NCBI GenBank assembly: GCA_965206745.1
Contig: OZ242220.1
Span: forward strand, 1,024,001 to 1,088,000
DNA length: 64,000 nucleotides
Source: Nitrosopumilus sp.
GTDB taxonomy: Archaea; Thermoproteota; Nitrososphaeria; Nitrososphaerales; Nitrosopumilaceae
Reading direction: 5' to 3'
Positions 27,756 to 39,227 of the stretch are shown piece after piece (positions within the stretch are counted from its first letter, which is position 1; every line of letters begins with the position of its first letter). Both the position numbers and the translations under genes were made by a program. The notes under the pieces are model-generated. The model was not told the DNA's origin. It did no database searches and saw only the letters and a list, made by a program, of their open reading frames with translations.

Positions 27756-28760
27756 ATGAAAAACTCCAAAATGATAATAATTGGCAGCATAGTTGCAGCC
27801 GTTTTGCTCTCCCTAGTTATTGCATTTGCATCAACTCCAGAGACGATGACTCTAGCAGAGGAGAAGATGCTAGTTTACACCACGTTTTATCCACTTCAAG
27901 AGTTTGCCAGAAACATTGCAGGAGATGCTGCTGATGTCCGCTCACTGATTCCAACTAATGGAGATCCTCATGCATTTGAGATAAGTCCTAAAGCAATCAT
28001 CAAGCTGACCAAGGCAGACATGCTAGTTTACAACGGCGCTAATTTTGAGCCATTCATCGATGAGATCAAATCAGTTTCCGACTTTTCACACCTCATACTA
28101 GTAGACTCCTCAGAGAGGATTACTCTCTTAGAGGGTCAAGGGCATGACGATGAGGCCCATCAAGAACACGAGGAGGAGAAAGAACATGAAGAAGAGAAGG
28201 ATGAACATGAGCAAGAAGGAGAGCTTGATCATATCTATGACCCACACATTTGGCTTGATCCATTATTGGCAAAAGAGCAGGTGATGACAATTGCTGTCCA
28301 CATGGCAATGTCAGATCCTGAAAACTCGGAGATATATCATGCCAATGCAGATGCATACTCCAATCAGTTGGATATGCTGGATCAAGAAATCAGGATGCAA
28401 TTATCTGACTGCAAGAAAGATACGTTTGTACCATTCCACAATGCATTTTCGTACTTTGCAGAAAGATATGATCTACACACCCTTGCAGTGATTCAGGAGT
28501 TCAGCCCCGAGTCTCCGGTCACTGCAAAGGATATTGAGGAATTGATTCACTTTGCAAAAGAGCACGACATAAAGTATTTCTTTACAGAGGAGAACAGAAA
28601 TCCAAAACTTGCTCAAAGATTGGCAACTGAGCTTGGAGGAGATATTCTGCTGTTTAGTCCGTTGGAGTCATTGACTGAAAATGACAAGCCAGGTACAACA
28701 TATTTTGATAAAATGCAGTCAAATGTTGAGAATCTCAAAATTGCTTTGGAATGCTCTTGA
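27756..28760 (+). CDS. znuA: Zn/Mn ABC-transporter substrate-binding protein (ZnuA/AdcA cluster A-I)
   Basis: DPHAFE, His/Glu-rich loop, DPHIWLDP, HNAFSYF; N-terminal anchor. Confidence 0.9.
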   Translation: MKNSKMIIIGSIVAAVLLSLVIAFASTPETMTLAEEKMLVYTTFYPLQEFARNIAGDAADVRSLIPTNGDPHAFEISPKAIIKLTKADMLVYNGANFEPFIDEIKSVSDFSHLILVDSSERITLLEGQGHDDEAHQEHEEEKEHEEEKDEHEQEGELDHIYDPHIWLDPLLAKEQVMTIAVHMAMSDPENSEIYHANADAYSNQLDMLDQEIRMQLSDCKKDTFVPFHNAFSYFAERYDLHTLAVIQEFSPESPVTAKDIEELIHFAKEHDIKYFFTEENRNPKLAQRLATELGGDILLFSPLESLTENDKPGTTYFDKMQSNVENLKIALECS

Positions 28761-28970
28761 CTTTGCAGACTGCAAAAACCCTCACAGATACAGGCAACTG
28801 TCTGGCTTTGCTTGCAACAAAGCACAAATCATGACATTTGGATGCTCTGGGTATCAGGGGTCATGTCTTTTCAAAGGGGGTTACAAACTTGAATCAGATT
28901 CCAGAGAGAGCAGCCGGGAATCACGCATAGAGTACAAAACATCACAGACAGAAGGGAGTATAGATGCATA

Positions 28971-29132
28971 ATGTCTCAGCCCCCGCAAGAACACACTAGG
29001 ATGATCATCTTGCTGCACCATCTTGCAAGCAAGAGAATCATCACCAAGCAGGAGGCAACTGACTTGTACAGACTGGGGAAAAGGCCCATCACAGAAAAGA
29101 TGTTGCAGGATACCAGATACATCTGGAAGTGA
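28971..29132 (+). CDS. small hypothetical protein (53 aa)
   Basis: Manual translation MSQPPQEHTRMIILLHHLASKRIITKQEATDLYRLGKRPITEKMLQDTRYIWK*. Confidence 0.35.
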   Translation: MSQPPQEHTRMIILLHHLASKRIITKQEATDLYRLGKRPITEKMLQDTRYIWK

Positions 29133-29431
29133 TCAATCACAGCACTTGGCACAGAACCATTGGCAATTTGATATGCAGTGCCTAGTCCACATTAGTAGAT
29201 GAGCTTTGCAGGGATTGCTCCAACTCAAAATACTGTGTCAGTGCATCACTGAAATCCTCTAGTCTCCCTTGATCAAAATTTGACTCATCTAGTCGCTCCC
29301 AACTTTTTTGAATCTCTCCCTTGAGCACAAACAGCATTCTTTTATCATCACAGTGCATGGTGATTTAATTTCAAATTACAATTTATCTATTCCGAGTCCG
29401 AACGTGGATTTGTCCTAAAGTATACGTCTCT

Positions 29432-29564
29432 TTTGCGATTGTGACTAGTTCCCGTTGCATCTTTTGGAACGCATATCTTCCTAGCATCATCGGAATCTGC
29501 AGGCTATGCGGGATTCTCAAGATGCAGAGAATCACGCTACCGAAAACCACAGTCACGCAGCAAA
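29432..29564. ncRNA. putative multi-stem structured RNA with loop-loop complementarity
   Basis: Nested stems gtgact/agtcac, gttcc/ggaac, gcata/tatgc and gattctc/gagaatc; loop segments tgcatctt and aagatgca are exact reverse complements. Confidence 0.4.
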
Positions 29565-29604
29565 GCTAGACTAGGTTTTAAAAAAATAAAAAAGAGACAG
29601 TAAT

Positions 29605-30000
29605 CTATCCTGTAGATTTTTTCATATTTTGCATCATTTCATGCATGGTATCCATCATTTTGTTCATCATGGATGTTCCCTTATCTGTCATAGCCTCGTC
29701 CATCATGCCCAAATTTGACATCTTGTCCATATTGTGCAACATCATGTCCATAGTGGACATCATCATGTTCATGTTCATGTTTGCAAACATCGTGTCTTTC
29801 TGGTATTCTGAAAGTCCAGAGTTTGACATCATTTCACTACACAATCGATCTCCACAAACATTTGTTGCAGAACCATACGAATGAGGAGACAGTCTGGTAT
29901 CACCAGTTGCTTTCAATGCACTAGCCTCATCAAATAGTGCGGGAGAAAGGGCCAATACAAGTAAAGGTATCAGCAGTGTGGCAAAAATTACTTGTTTCAT
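29605..30000 (-). CDS. secreted Met-rich protein, putative Cu(I)-binding
   Basis: Signal peptide MKQVIFATLLIPLLVLALSP (ATG 30000); SPHSYGSATNVCGDRLC motif; very Met-dense C-terminal half. Confidence 0.75.
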   Translation of the reverse strand: MKQVIFATLLIPLLVLALSPALFDEASALKATGDTRLSPHSYGSATNVCGDRLCSEMMSNSGLSEYQKDTMFANMNMNMMMSTMDMMLHNMDKMSNLGMMDEAMTDKGTSMMNKMMDTMHEMMQNMKKSTG

Positions 30001-30889
30001 TGTATTGTCATAGTGTATCTGAATATAAATAGTATTAGTGCCTAGCTTGTCTGATGCATATACAAGTATGAAGAATTGCATATATGAACTTTTTAAGTAG
30101 ATATGAATTTAGGATATTCATATATCAAGAAACAAAATCTAGGTTCAGGAAAACACAGCAGACATTTGCATCACATAGTCTACAAACATTTGCACAGCAA
30201 GGGTTCAAACTCAATTACAAAACAGATACCATGTATAACACTGCAAAAGAATTTGATCGCATTGCTCAAAAAAAGACAGATAGATTCAAACCAATCACAT
30301 AAAGACGGGGCAGTTACAGAGATTTTTTAAAAAAATGACATCATCAAAGATGGCCGTAACTGAATTCACAGTGAGGTATGCAAGAGACACATGTACGTGT
30401 TTTGAAATCACCAACAACAAATTGCATCACAGTTATTCTTTTGATGTAAATGCAGACATGCAATCTGCAATAAATTCGACGTTCAAGGCAGCATCTGTAG
30501 ATCCAGACGGATCAGAGAGGACAGCAGACAATACAAGTCAGTTTGCAAGCAGTACAGACAGATATGCAGTGATGCCACAAGACAAGGCAGGAACCATCTG
30601 AGGGGATACGAATCTGCATGATATCAGCAGACAGAGGACCACATGTGCCACAGTCAGTCATGCCAAGTCATAGATCCATCCGGTATTAGGATGCATTGCC
30701 ACCGATAGTTTACAGACAGATGGAAGAGTGGAACTTGTAATAGGATTTTGGAATAAGGCTTTGTGATAGGATTGATTTTAGAGGAGACAATCCAGCGATC
30801 TTTACGGTTTAGTCACATCATGCAACAAAACAGGGAACATACAAGTAGGACAGCGCACGAAGGGACGCCATAATTTAGAGTTTGACCAG

Positions 30890-31054
30890 TTACTGTAATG
30901 TGTAATGTACATCACAGAACAGAACGGTTCCGTTAGGCAAGGTCTTTGCAGTGATACTGTGACCGTCCTCTAATCCCTTTCCACAGATGTAGCACTCTAC
31001 CTTGCTTACCGAAGATGAGAGGATTTCTGGTTCTGGAACATGCATCTTTTGCAT
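30890..31054 (-). CDS. small zinc-finger protein (CxxC...CxxH)
   Basis: CYICGKGL...LFCDVHY; probable start MQKMHVPEPE. Confidence 0.6.
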   Translation of the reverse strand: MQKMHVPEPEILSSSVSKVECYICGKGLEDGHSITAKTLPNGTVLFCDVHYTLQ

Positions 31055-31226
31055 GATTGTCCGGTTTGTAATCTGCATGACATATCCACGATCAGCTAGA
31101 CTATAAAGGTACCGTACTGTACCGTAATCATCATATGCCTGAAAAATCAGCAATCCTCACCAAAACCAGGCAGCACTGAACCACTATATCAATTTAAATA
31201 ATAAACAGACAGAATTCTGTTTATGG

Positions 31227-32576
31227 GTGGATACCTTTGGAAAGACACAAGCAAAAGTAATACCCCTAGATTTATCTGAAAACCAATTTCAAATTTACAA
31301 CAAAATTTCAAGAAACTATGAGCATTCATTTCTGTTTGAGTCGCTGACAGGTCCAGAGGTTCTAGCCGAAACATCAGTCATGGGGTTTGACCCAAAAACA
31401 ATCCTCAAGGGATATTCAGACAGAGTGGAAATAATCAGAAACAACAAAACTCAAACCGTGCAGACCAAAAACCCGTTTGAAGAGATAAAAAAGATGCTAG
31501 ACAGATCCGATGATCAGAGTTACAGGTATTTGGGAGGGGCAGTAGGGGTGGTAAACTATGACGCAATAAGACTGGTAGAGGACATAAACGACTCTCACCA
31601 TTCCCCACAGCCACTAATGGAGTTTGGAATTTATGATGACGGAATTCTATATGACAAGATACGTGAAAAGCTGTTTTATTTTTATCATGATGAGAACAGG
31701 TTTGAGAAATTCGTGATGGACGATGGCGCCTTTGAAGAGTTTCATGCAGGCGAGGTGATCCCCAACATGGACGAGTCAGGGTACTCTGAAATTGTAAAGA
31801 AGACAAAAAAATACATACACGACGGGGACATCTTCCAAGTCGTATTGTCTAGAAAATTTGCCTTTGATACAGACGGGGACAGCCTTGCACTTTACAAGAC
31901 GCTGAGAAAGCTAAACCCGTCACCATACATGTACCATCTAAAACAGGGAAGCAAGACAATCATCGGCGCATCGCCGGAGATGCTTGTAAGAGTTACAGAT
32001 GACAAGGTAGAGACATTCCCTATTGCTGGAACAAGAAAGGTCACAGACGATGAGAAAGAGAACGAGGCGCTATCAAAGGAGCTAATCGAGGACCAAAAGG
32101 AGCTAGCAGAGCACACGATGCTTGTGGATTTGGGCAGAAACGACATCGGCAGAGTCTGCAAGTATGGAACAGTCCACCTAGAATCACTAATGGAGATAAA
32201 GCGATTCAGCCACGTCCAGCACATAGTCAGTCACGTTGTTGGCAGTCTGGCACCTGAAAGCGACATGTTTGACGCGTTTCAGGCAGTATTTCCAGCAGGA
32301 ACCGTATCGGGGGCGCCAAAGGTTAGGGCAATGGAGATTATCGACGAGCTGGAGACAGAGGCCAGAGGACCATATGCAGGGGCAGTCGGATACTTTTCGT
32401 ATAACGGGTGTTGTGACTTTGCAATTGCAATTAGAAGTATCTTCATAAAGGACGGCAAGGGCTTTGTCCAGTCAGGGGCAGGAATCGTATCGGACTCTGT
32501 TGCCAAAAACGAGTTCAAGGAAACAGAGCACAAGGCAGGAGCGATGCTTCAGGCACTAAGGGAGGCAGCAGATTGA
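31227..32576 (+). CDS. trpE: anthranilate synthase component I
   Basis: FQVVLSR, NPSPYMY, GASPE, PIAGT, EHTMLVDLGRND, GTVSGAPK. Confidence 0.97.
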   Translation: MDTFGKTQAKVIPLDLSENQFQIYNKISRNYEHSFLFESLTGPEVLAETSVMGFDPKTILKGYSDRVEIIRNNKTQTVQTKNPFEEIKKMLDRSDDQSYRYLGGAVGVVNYDAIRLVEDINDSHHSPQPLMEFGIYDDGILYDKIREKLFYFYHDENRFEKFVMDDGAFEEFHAGEVIPNMDESGYSEIVKKTKKYIHDGDIFQVVLSRKFAFDTDGDSLALYKTLRKLNPSPYMYHLKQGSKTIIGASPEMLVRVTDDKVETFPIAGTRKVTDDEKENEALSKELIEDQKELAEHTMLVDLGRNDIGRVCKYGTVHLESLMEIKRFSHVQHIVSHVVGSLAPESDMFDAFQAVFPAGTVSGAPKVRAMEIIDELETEARGPYAGAVGYFSYNGCCDFAIAIRSIFIKDGKGFVQSGAGIVSDSVAKNEFKETEHKAGAMLQALREAAD

Positions 32577-33169
32577 AGTTTCTAATTATCGACAATTATG
32601 ATTCGTTTGTATACAACATTGCGCAATATTTGGGAGAGTTGGGAGTAGAGTGTGACGTGATCAGAAATGACAAGATCACATTGCAGCAGATCAAGGAGAG
32701 AGGCTATGATGCAATAATAATATCCCCAGGTCCCGGGACGCCAGAGGATCAAAAATACTTTGGAGTGTGCTCAAAAGTCATCAGGGAGATAGGTCCGAAC
32801 ATCCCAATTCTGGGAGTATGTCTGGGGCATCAGGGAATCATCTATGCGTTTGGCGGCAAGGTTACAAACGCAGGATGCGTAAGACATGGAAAGACCAGTC
32901 CCGTGAAACATTCAGAGTCAAAGCTGTTTGCAGATGTCAAGAACCCGTTTAGTGCAACAAGGTATCACAGTCTGGTAGGGGACAAGACAGTAATCCCAGA
33001 GGTACTCAAAGTTACGGCCACGGCATCTGATGATGGGGAGGTCATGGCAGTAGAGCACAGAGAATTCTTAATCCAGGGGGTACAGTTCCATCCAGAATCA
33101 ATAATGACTCCAGAGGGCAGAAAGATTCTTGGCAACTTTATCAGCCAAGTCAGGGAGAGGATAAAATGA
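32573..33169 (+). CDS. trpG: anthranilate synthase component II (glutamine amidotransferase)
   Basis: IDNYDSF, SPGPG, GVCLGHQ, RYHSL, QFHPES. Confidence 0.97.
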   Translation: MKFLIIDNYDSFVYNIAQYLGELGVECDVIRNDKITLQQIKERGYDAIIISPGPGTPEDQKYFGVCSKVIREIGPNIPILGVCLGHQGIIYAFGGKVTNAGCVRHGKTSPVKHSESKLFADVKNPFSATRYHSLVGDKTVIPEVLKVTATASDDGEVMAVEHREFLIQGVQFHPESIMTPEGRKILGNFISQVRERIK

Positions 33170-34212
33170 TATCAGGAATCATCTCCAAACTGCAGCAAAA
33201 AACAGACCTGACATATGATGAGATAAACAATGTCATGACAGACATTTTATCTGGCAGGACAGATGATGCAGAAAATTCAGACTTTCTCTCATACCTTGCA
33301 GAAAAAGGGGAGACAGATGACGAACTGCTAGGGATGCTCGACAAGATGCAGCAACTCTCACTAAAAGTCGAGCCTGAAAACCAAGGAGCACTCGTAGACA
33401 TGTGCGGGACGGGAGGCGACAGACTCCAGACATTTAACATATCGACTACGGCATCATTTGTGGTGGCAGCAGCAGGTGGAAGGGTGGCAAAGCACGGGAA
33501 CCGCTCAAGCTCGGGAGTTTCAGGCAGTGCAGATATTTTTGAATACCTCGGATATGACTTGGATTTGGAACCTGCAAGGGTTGCAGACATACTAGAAAAG
33601 CACAGCATCTGCTTTATGTTTGCACAAAAGTTCCATCCGGCAATGAGGCACGTCTCATCTGCAAGAAGGCAGTTGGGGAAGAGGACCGCCTTTAACCTTC
33701 TAGGACCGCTATCAAACCCTGCAGGTGTGAAAAACCAGCTGGTAGGAGTATTCTCGACAGAATATTTAGACAGGCTGCCATTGTTGCTAAAAAGAAAGGG
33801 GGCAAGAAACATCATGACAGTTTGCTCCGATGAGGGGGCAGACGAATTCTCCACCAGTGCAGTCAACCGCGTATGCATGCTAAAAGACGGCAAGGTGCTA
33901 AAAAGTACAGTGGATTCCCAAGAGATAGGGCTGCATAGATCCAGATTGCAAGACATTCAAATAAGTACAAAGCAGGATGCGATCAGATCGTTTGTGAAGA
34001 TACTAGAGAATACTGCAAGCCAGGCAATGACTGAGACTACTGCACTAAATGCGGCAGGAGGCCTGATTGTCGCAGGTATCTCCAAAGACTTTGAGGAGGC
34101 AGTGGAACTCGCACTAGACACAATAGAGAGCGGCAAGGCATTCTCGCTGTTGGAAAAGTTTGTACGTGACACAGGGGATAGCTCAAAGATAAAGGAGATG
34201 ACTAATGGCTGA
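33166..34212 (+). CDS. trpD: anthranilate phosphoribosyltransferase
   Basis: DMCGTGGD, FNIST, KHGNRS, GSAD. Confidence 0.97.
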   Translation: MISGIISKLQQKTDLTYDEINNVMTDILSGRTDDAENSDFLSYLAEKGETDDELLGMLDKMQQLSLKVEPENQGALVDMCGTGGDRLQTFNISTTASFVVAAAGGRVAKHGNRSSSGVSGSADIFEYLGYDLDLEPARVADILEKHSICFMFAQKFHPAMRHVSSARRQLGKRTAFNLLGPLSNPAGVKNQLVGVFSTEYLDRLPLLLKRKGARNIMTVCSDEGADEFSTSAVNRVCMLKDGKVLKSTVDSQEIGLHRSRLQDIQISTKQDAIRSFVKILENTASQAMTETTALNAAGGLIVAGISKDFEEAVELALDTIESGKAFSLLEKFVRDTGDSSKIKEMTNG

Positions 34213-34981
34213 AAACATTCTGCGAAGACTGGTAAACAACTCGCAGATGGCAATTGATGACGGGGTGTACGATGTGGATGCAAGTATGCAGAGATCAGCC
34301 AAGGACCTTCTTGCCACAATCAAGACAAACCAGCATGCAACGCTGATTACGGAGGTAAAGTTTGCATCTCCCTCCCTAGGCAAGATCAGGACCCTGACAG
34401 ATCCTCTCAGCATTGCAAAACAGATGATTGCAGGAGGCTCAAAAGCTCTCTCAGTGCTGACTCAGCCACACTTGTTTCATGGCTCACCAGAGTACTTTAT
34501 GAAGATAAGGGCAGGGGTGGATGTTCCAATGCTGATGAAAGACATCATGATTGACAAAGTCCAGATTGATGCTGCAAAGAAGATCGGGGCAGACTATATG
34601 CTGGTGATTCAATCACTGTACGAGCAGAAATTTCTATCAGACATTGACGAGTTTATCGGCTATGGCCACAAACAGGGATTGAAGGTCTTACTTGAAGTGC
34701 ACACCAGAGAAGAACTCAAAAATGCACTAAACACAGAGGCAGACCTGATTGGAATCAACAACAGGAATCTTGACACACTCAAAGTTGATCTGAGAACCAC
34801 ACAGTCCATTCTTTCGGGAATGGAAAAAACAAGGCCGATACTCTCAGAGAGCGGAATCAACACACCTGAAGACATACAACATCTAAAAAAATGCGGGGCT
34901 GACGCGTTCCTGATAGGCTCAAGCATAATGCAAAGTGAGAACATTGAAGAACAGGTAAAGAGATTGGTGAATGCGTATTGA
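34205..34981 (+). CDS. trpC: indole-3-glycerol-phosphate synthase
   Basis: [28 protein letters not shown]. Confidence 0.96.
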   Translation: MAENILRRLVNNSQMAIDDGVYDVDASMQRSAKDLLATIKTNQHATLITEVKFASPSLGKIRTLTDPLSIAKQMIAGGSKALSVLTQPHLFHGSPEYFMKIRAGVDVPMLMKDIMIDKVQIDAAKKIGADYMLVIQSLYEQKFLSDIDEFIGYGHKQGLKVLLEVHTREELKNALNTEADLIGINNRNLDTLKVDLRTTQSILSGMEKTRPILSESGINTPEDIQHLKKCGADAFLIGSSIMQSENIEEQVKRLVNAY

Positions 34982-36165
34982 GATATCCTAAAAACGGCAG
35001 GTTTGGGGAATTTGGCGGAAAGTACATTCCTGAGACCCTTGTTCCAGCAATCGAGGAGCTAGAGGAGAACTATCTCAAATTCAAAAACGACAAAAAATTC
35101 AAAAAAGAGCTAGACTACTATCTAAAGACCTACGCTGGAAGGCCAACACCATTGTACTATGCAAAAAATCTATCTGAAAGGATAGGAGGCGCCAAAATTT
35201 ACCTTAAACGAGAAGACCTGCTACATGGAGGAGCTCACAAAATCAACAACACACTGGGTCAGGCATTGCTTGCAAAAAAGATGAACAAGAAAAGGATCAT
35301 TGCAGAGACAGGTGCAGGTCAGCACGGGGTTGCAACTGCAATGGCATGTGCGGCACTGGGAATGAAGGCAGAGGTGTACATGGGGTACAAAGACACGGTA
35401 AGGCAGAAGCAAAACGTTCTTAGAATGAACATGCTTGGCTGTAAAGTCCATCCGGTAAAATCAGGCTCAAAAACCCTCAAGGATGCAATTAACGAGGCAA
35501 TTCGTGACTGGATTACAAATGTGGGGAACACATACTATTTGCTGGGATCGGCAGTTGGACCTCACCCATACCCCGTAATGGTACGAGACTTTCAAAGTGT
35601 GATTGGAGATGAGATAAAAATGCAGATGAGGAAGATCAACAAAACGCCAGATACTGTAATTGCATGTGTCGGAGGAGGCTCCAACGCAATCGGGACGTTC
35701 TATCCGCTAGCAGATTCTGATTCAGAGATTATCGGGGTGGAAGCTGCAGGCCGCGGATTAAAATCCAGAATGCATTCAGCAACACTGTCAGCTGGAAGCA
35801 AGGGAGTATTGCACGGAATGATGACATATCTGCTCCAAGACAAGGAAGGTCAAGTCACAGAGACGCACAGTATTTCAGCAGGGCTTGACTATCCCGGAGT
35901 CGGACCTGAGCATTCATACTATAAGGACACTGGACGAGTAAAATATCATTCAGCAACAGATGTCGAGGTTATTGATGCATTTCTATTACTAACTAGAACG
36001 GAGGGGATTATTCCTGCTTTGGAATCATCTCATGCAATAGCAGAAGCAGTAAAGGTTGCAAGAAAGGGCAAGAGAACCGAGTCCATCGTGGTGACTCTTT
36101 CAGGACGTGGAGACAAAGACATCGAGGAAGTACAGGACTATTTGAGCAAGCATGACAAGAATTGA
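34978..36165 (+). CDS. trpB: tryptophan synthase beta subunit
   Basis: [39 protein letters not shown]. Confidence 0.98.
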   Translation: MRYPKNGRFGEFGGKYIPETLVPAIEELEENYLKFKNDKKFKKELDYYLKTYAGRPTPLYYAKNLSERIGGAKIYLKREDLLHGGAHKINNTLGQALLAKKMNKKRIIAETGAGQHGVATAMACAALGMKAEVYMGYKDTVRQKQNVLRMNMLGCKVHPVKSGSKTLKDAINEAIRDWITNVGNTYYLLGSAVGPHPYPVMVRDFQSVIGDEIKMQMRKINKTPDTVIACVGGGSNAIGTFYPLADSDSEIIGVEAAGRGLKSRMHSATLSAGSKGVLHGMMTYLLQDKEGQVTETHSISAGLDYPGVGPEHSYYKDTGRVKYHSATDVEVIDAFLLLTRTEGIIPALESSHAIAEAVKVARKGKRTESIVVTLSGRGDKDIEEVQDYLSKHDKN

Positions 36166-36952
36166 AGAAAAGTTTGCAGAGTTGAGGGCAAAAGGCCAAA
36201 AGGCCCTAATAGCATACATCATGACAGGATTTCCAAATGAGAGGGCCACCATCTCCACAGTAAGGGGGCTGGTAAAGGGAGGGGCAGACATCATCGAGAT
36301 TGGATTCCCATTCTCAGATCCGCTAGCTGATGGACCCGTAATTCAAAATGCCAGTACCGTATCTCTGGAAAAGGGTACAAGGATTGCAAGGTTTTTCAGT
36401 CTTGTAAAAAAGATCAGAAAGGAGACAGATATCCCACTAGTACTCATGACCTATACCAACATCCTATACCACCAGGGATATGCAAAATTCATGACAGATG
36501 CCAAAAGGGCAGGGATAGACGGCTTTATCCTTCCAGACATGTCAATAGAAGAGTCCAAAGAATATCTGCAGGCAGCTAAAAACAAGGCAGATACAATATT
36601 CCTAATCTCACCAAATACCAGCAGCGCAAGAATTAAGAAGATATCAGAGGTATCATCGGGATTTTTGTATCTTGTTGCCGTATTTGGAACCACAGGAGTA
36701 AAGACAGGGATTAAAAGATACACGTTGGATGCAATAAAGCAAGTCAAGGGACAGACCAAGGGGAGGATCCCAGTAGGAGTAGGGTTCGGAGTCTCAACGC
36801 CAGATGATGTCAGAACATACATCAAGGCAGGTGCAGATGCAGTGATTGTAGGAAGTGCTTATTTGAAATTGATTGAAAAGACACCGCAAAATAAGATAGA
36901 GTCAAAGATTGCATCATTTACAAAAAGTCTCAAAAAACAGACATTGTCCTAA
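36152..36952 (+). CDS. trpA: tryptophan synthase alpha subunit
   Basis: [25 protein letters not shown]. Confidence 0.98.
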   Translation: MTRIEEKFAELRAKGQKALIAYIMTGFPNERATISTVRGLVKGGADIIEIGFPFSDPLADGPVIQNASTVSLEKGTRIARFFSLVKKIRKETDIPLVLMTYTNILYHQGYAKFMTDAKRAGIDGFILPDMSIEESKEYLQAAKNKADTIFLISPNTSSARIKKISEVSSGFLYLVAVFGTTGVKTGIKRYTLDAIKQVKGQTKGRIPVGVGFGVSTPDDVRTYIKAGADAVIVGSAYLKLIEKTPQNKIESKIASFTKSLKKQTLS

Positions 36953-37161
36953 AAAAGCGTCGGAGTTGGCGGTCAAGAATACACGAACTTACAAAGAGGA
37001 ACCCTTTCAATTATGGCCGCCAAACTAGAAGTTCTCATAATACAATATACAGAGAAAGATAAAACATCAACGGTGTCAGTTCCTGAAATTCATTTGAAAA
37101 GAGGGCAGATTGTTTACAAGTGTAAAGATCGGGATTGTTCAAGGCTTCAAGGGAGTCAAAG

Positions 37162-37365
37162 ATGGGACGGTATGTTCTGGCCACAAATGGTGATCAGATC
37201 TTCATATTTGACCAAAGTCGGAGATTTTTTGAATCGGACGAAGATCCGTATTTTAGGTCTCAGATTAGTCCCGAACAATGCACTGTTAAACATAATGGTG
37301 TTTTCACATGTCCGATACAAACGATACGGCCGATCCCTCCCCCCCCAAAAACAATCTGTTTTTAA
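37162..37365 (+). CDS. small hypothetical protein
   Basis: MGRYVLATNGDQIFIFDQSRRFFES...PPPPKTICF. Confidence 0.4.
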   Translation: MGRYVLATNGDQIFIFDQSRRFFESDEDPYFRSQISPEQCTVKHNGVFTCPIQTIRPIPPPPKTICF

Positions 37366-37433
37366 TTTCAGATGACCCACCCCAGAGAGATTGATTATTA
37401 AAGAAATAAAAGCCAACAACCCAATGTGGAATA

Positions 37434-39092
37434 TTGAGTAAAAATCCAGAAACAAAACCACAGGCAAATGGCAGAAAGGCGATCAATTCGAATCAGACAA
37501 AGTTCATTTTTGTCACAGGCGGTGTGATGTCTGGCCTAGGAAAAGGCGTAACGACTTCCTCAATTGCAAAATTACTACAATTAGCGGATCAAAAGGTATC
37601 ATGCATCAAGATAGACCCATATCTTAACTATGATGCAGGAACGATGAATCCTGTCGCACATGGCGAAGTCTTTGTCACAGACGATGGGGGTGAATGCGAT
37701 ATGGATATTGGAAACTATGAGAGATTCCTAAATCAGAATATTCCCAAAAGCCACAACATTACAACTGCGCAAGTCTATTCATCAGTCATCGAGGCAGAAA
37801 GAAGGGGGGAGTATCTTGGAGCATGTGTTCAGATAATTCCACACGTTACTGATGAGATTAAAAACAGAATTATCAAAATAACAGAAGATGAAAAACTTGA
37901 CTTTTTGATTGTAGAGTGTGGCGGAACTGTCGGAGATATAGAATCACTTCCATTTCTGGAGGCACTAAGGCAGATGAGAGTGGAAGAAGGCCCACAAAAC
38001 GTAATTTTTGTCCATGTAACATTGGCCCCATCATTGGATGTCGTAGGTGAGCAAAAGACAAAGCCCACACAACATAGCGTTCAGGAACTAAGGAGGATAG
38101 GCATTCAGCCAGACTTTTTGGCAGTCAGATGTACCTTGCCACTAGAGGAGAAAACAAAGAAAAAGATTGCAATGTTTACAAATGTCACAACCAGAGATGT
38201 TTTATCATGCCATGACGCAAAATCAATCTTCAAAGTCCCCCAAATGTTATACGACCAAGGAATCATGGATTCAATATTTACAAAGTTTGGCAAAGTCGGG
38301 ATGGTAAATGCATCGGCAAACTGGGATAAATGGAATGAGATTGCTCAGAACATGATAAATCATGAAAACGACAAGATCAAGATAGCAATGGTTGGAAAAT
38401 ATGTTACCCTAACAGACAGTTATGTGAGTGTAAATCATGCATTAAAACATGCAGGGGCAAAAATTGGCAAATCAATTGATATTGGATGGATTGATTCAGA
38501 ATCAATTACAGATTACAGCGTACTTTCAGAGTATGATGGAATTTTAGTACCGGGAGGATTTGGCACCAGGGGATCAGAGGGAATCATTCATACTGCAAAC
38601 TATGCCAGAGAGAAGAACATACCGTATCTTGGGATATGTTTTGGGTTCCAATTGGCTGCAATAGCATTTGGGCGAAACGTCCTGAACCTAGAGGATGCAA
38701 ACTCGACTGAAATCAAGGCAGATGCAAAGAACCCGATTGTGGATTTGCTTCCAGAGCAGAAAGAGATTTCAGAGATGGGAGGCTCACTCAGACTAGGGGC
38801 AAATGAGATCATCATCAAGGAGGATACAAACGCCAAGAGAATCTACAATTCTGCAACAATCAGCAAGCGTCACAGGCACAGATATGAGATAAATCAGGAA
38901 TACATTCCCCAATTTGAAAAGAATGGTCTCGTATTTTCAGCAGAAAGTGACGGGGGGAAGAGGATGGAGATACTAGAGATTCCATCGCACAAGTTCTATC
39001 TGGGGGTACAGTTTCATCCGGAATTTAACAGTAGGCCAGGATTACCTGAAGAGTCGTTTTCGGCATTTATCAAGGCAGCATCTGTAAAATAG
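37434..39092 (+). CDS. pyrG: CTP synthase
   Basis: [43 protein letters not shown]. Confidence 0.98.
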   Translation: MSKNPETKPQANGRKAINSNQTKFIFVTGGVMSGLGKGVTTSSIAKLLQLADQKVSCIKIDPYLNYDAGTMNPVAHGEVFVTDDGGECDMDIGNYERFLNQNIPKSHNITTAQVYSSVIEAERRGEYLGACVQIIPHVTDEIKNRIIKITEDEKLDFLIVECGGTVGDIESLPFLEALRQMRVEEGPQNVIFVHVTLAPSLDVVGEQKTKPTQHSVQELRRIGIQPDFLAVRCTLPLEEKTKKKIAMFTNVTTRDVLSCHDAKSIFKVPQMLYDQGIMDSIFTKFGKVGMVNASANWDKWNEIAQNMINHENDKIKIAMVGKYVTLTDSYVSVNHALKHAGAKIGKSIDIGWIDSESITDYSVLSEYDGILVPGGFGTRGSEGIIHTANYAREKNIPYLGICFGFQLAAIAFGRNVLNLEDANSTEIKADAKNPIVDLLPEQKEISEMGGSLRLGANEIIIKEDTNAKRIYNSATISKRHRHRYEINQEYIPQFEKNGLVFSAESDGGKRMEILEIPSHKFYLGVQFHPEFNSRPGLPEESFSAFIKAASVK

Positions 39093-39227
39093 CATGCAAG
39101 GGGGAACAGGGTTCCATAAATTGGAGCATGAGGGTTACGCAGATGGCACATCAAACGAGACCATCATCAGTGACGCAGCAAGAGTCATTGCAGATTCAGG
39201 AATCCATCAGAAGACAAGGATTGGGAA

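Noticed and set aside
30084-30601. Short + strand ORFs (72, 75 and 88 aa)
   Set aside because: No recognisable motifs and partly overlapping frames; cannot be supported as genes
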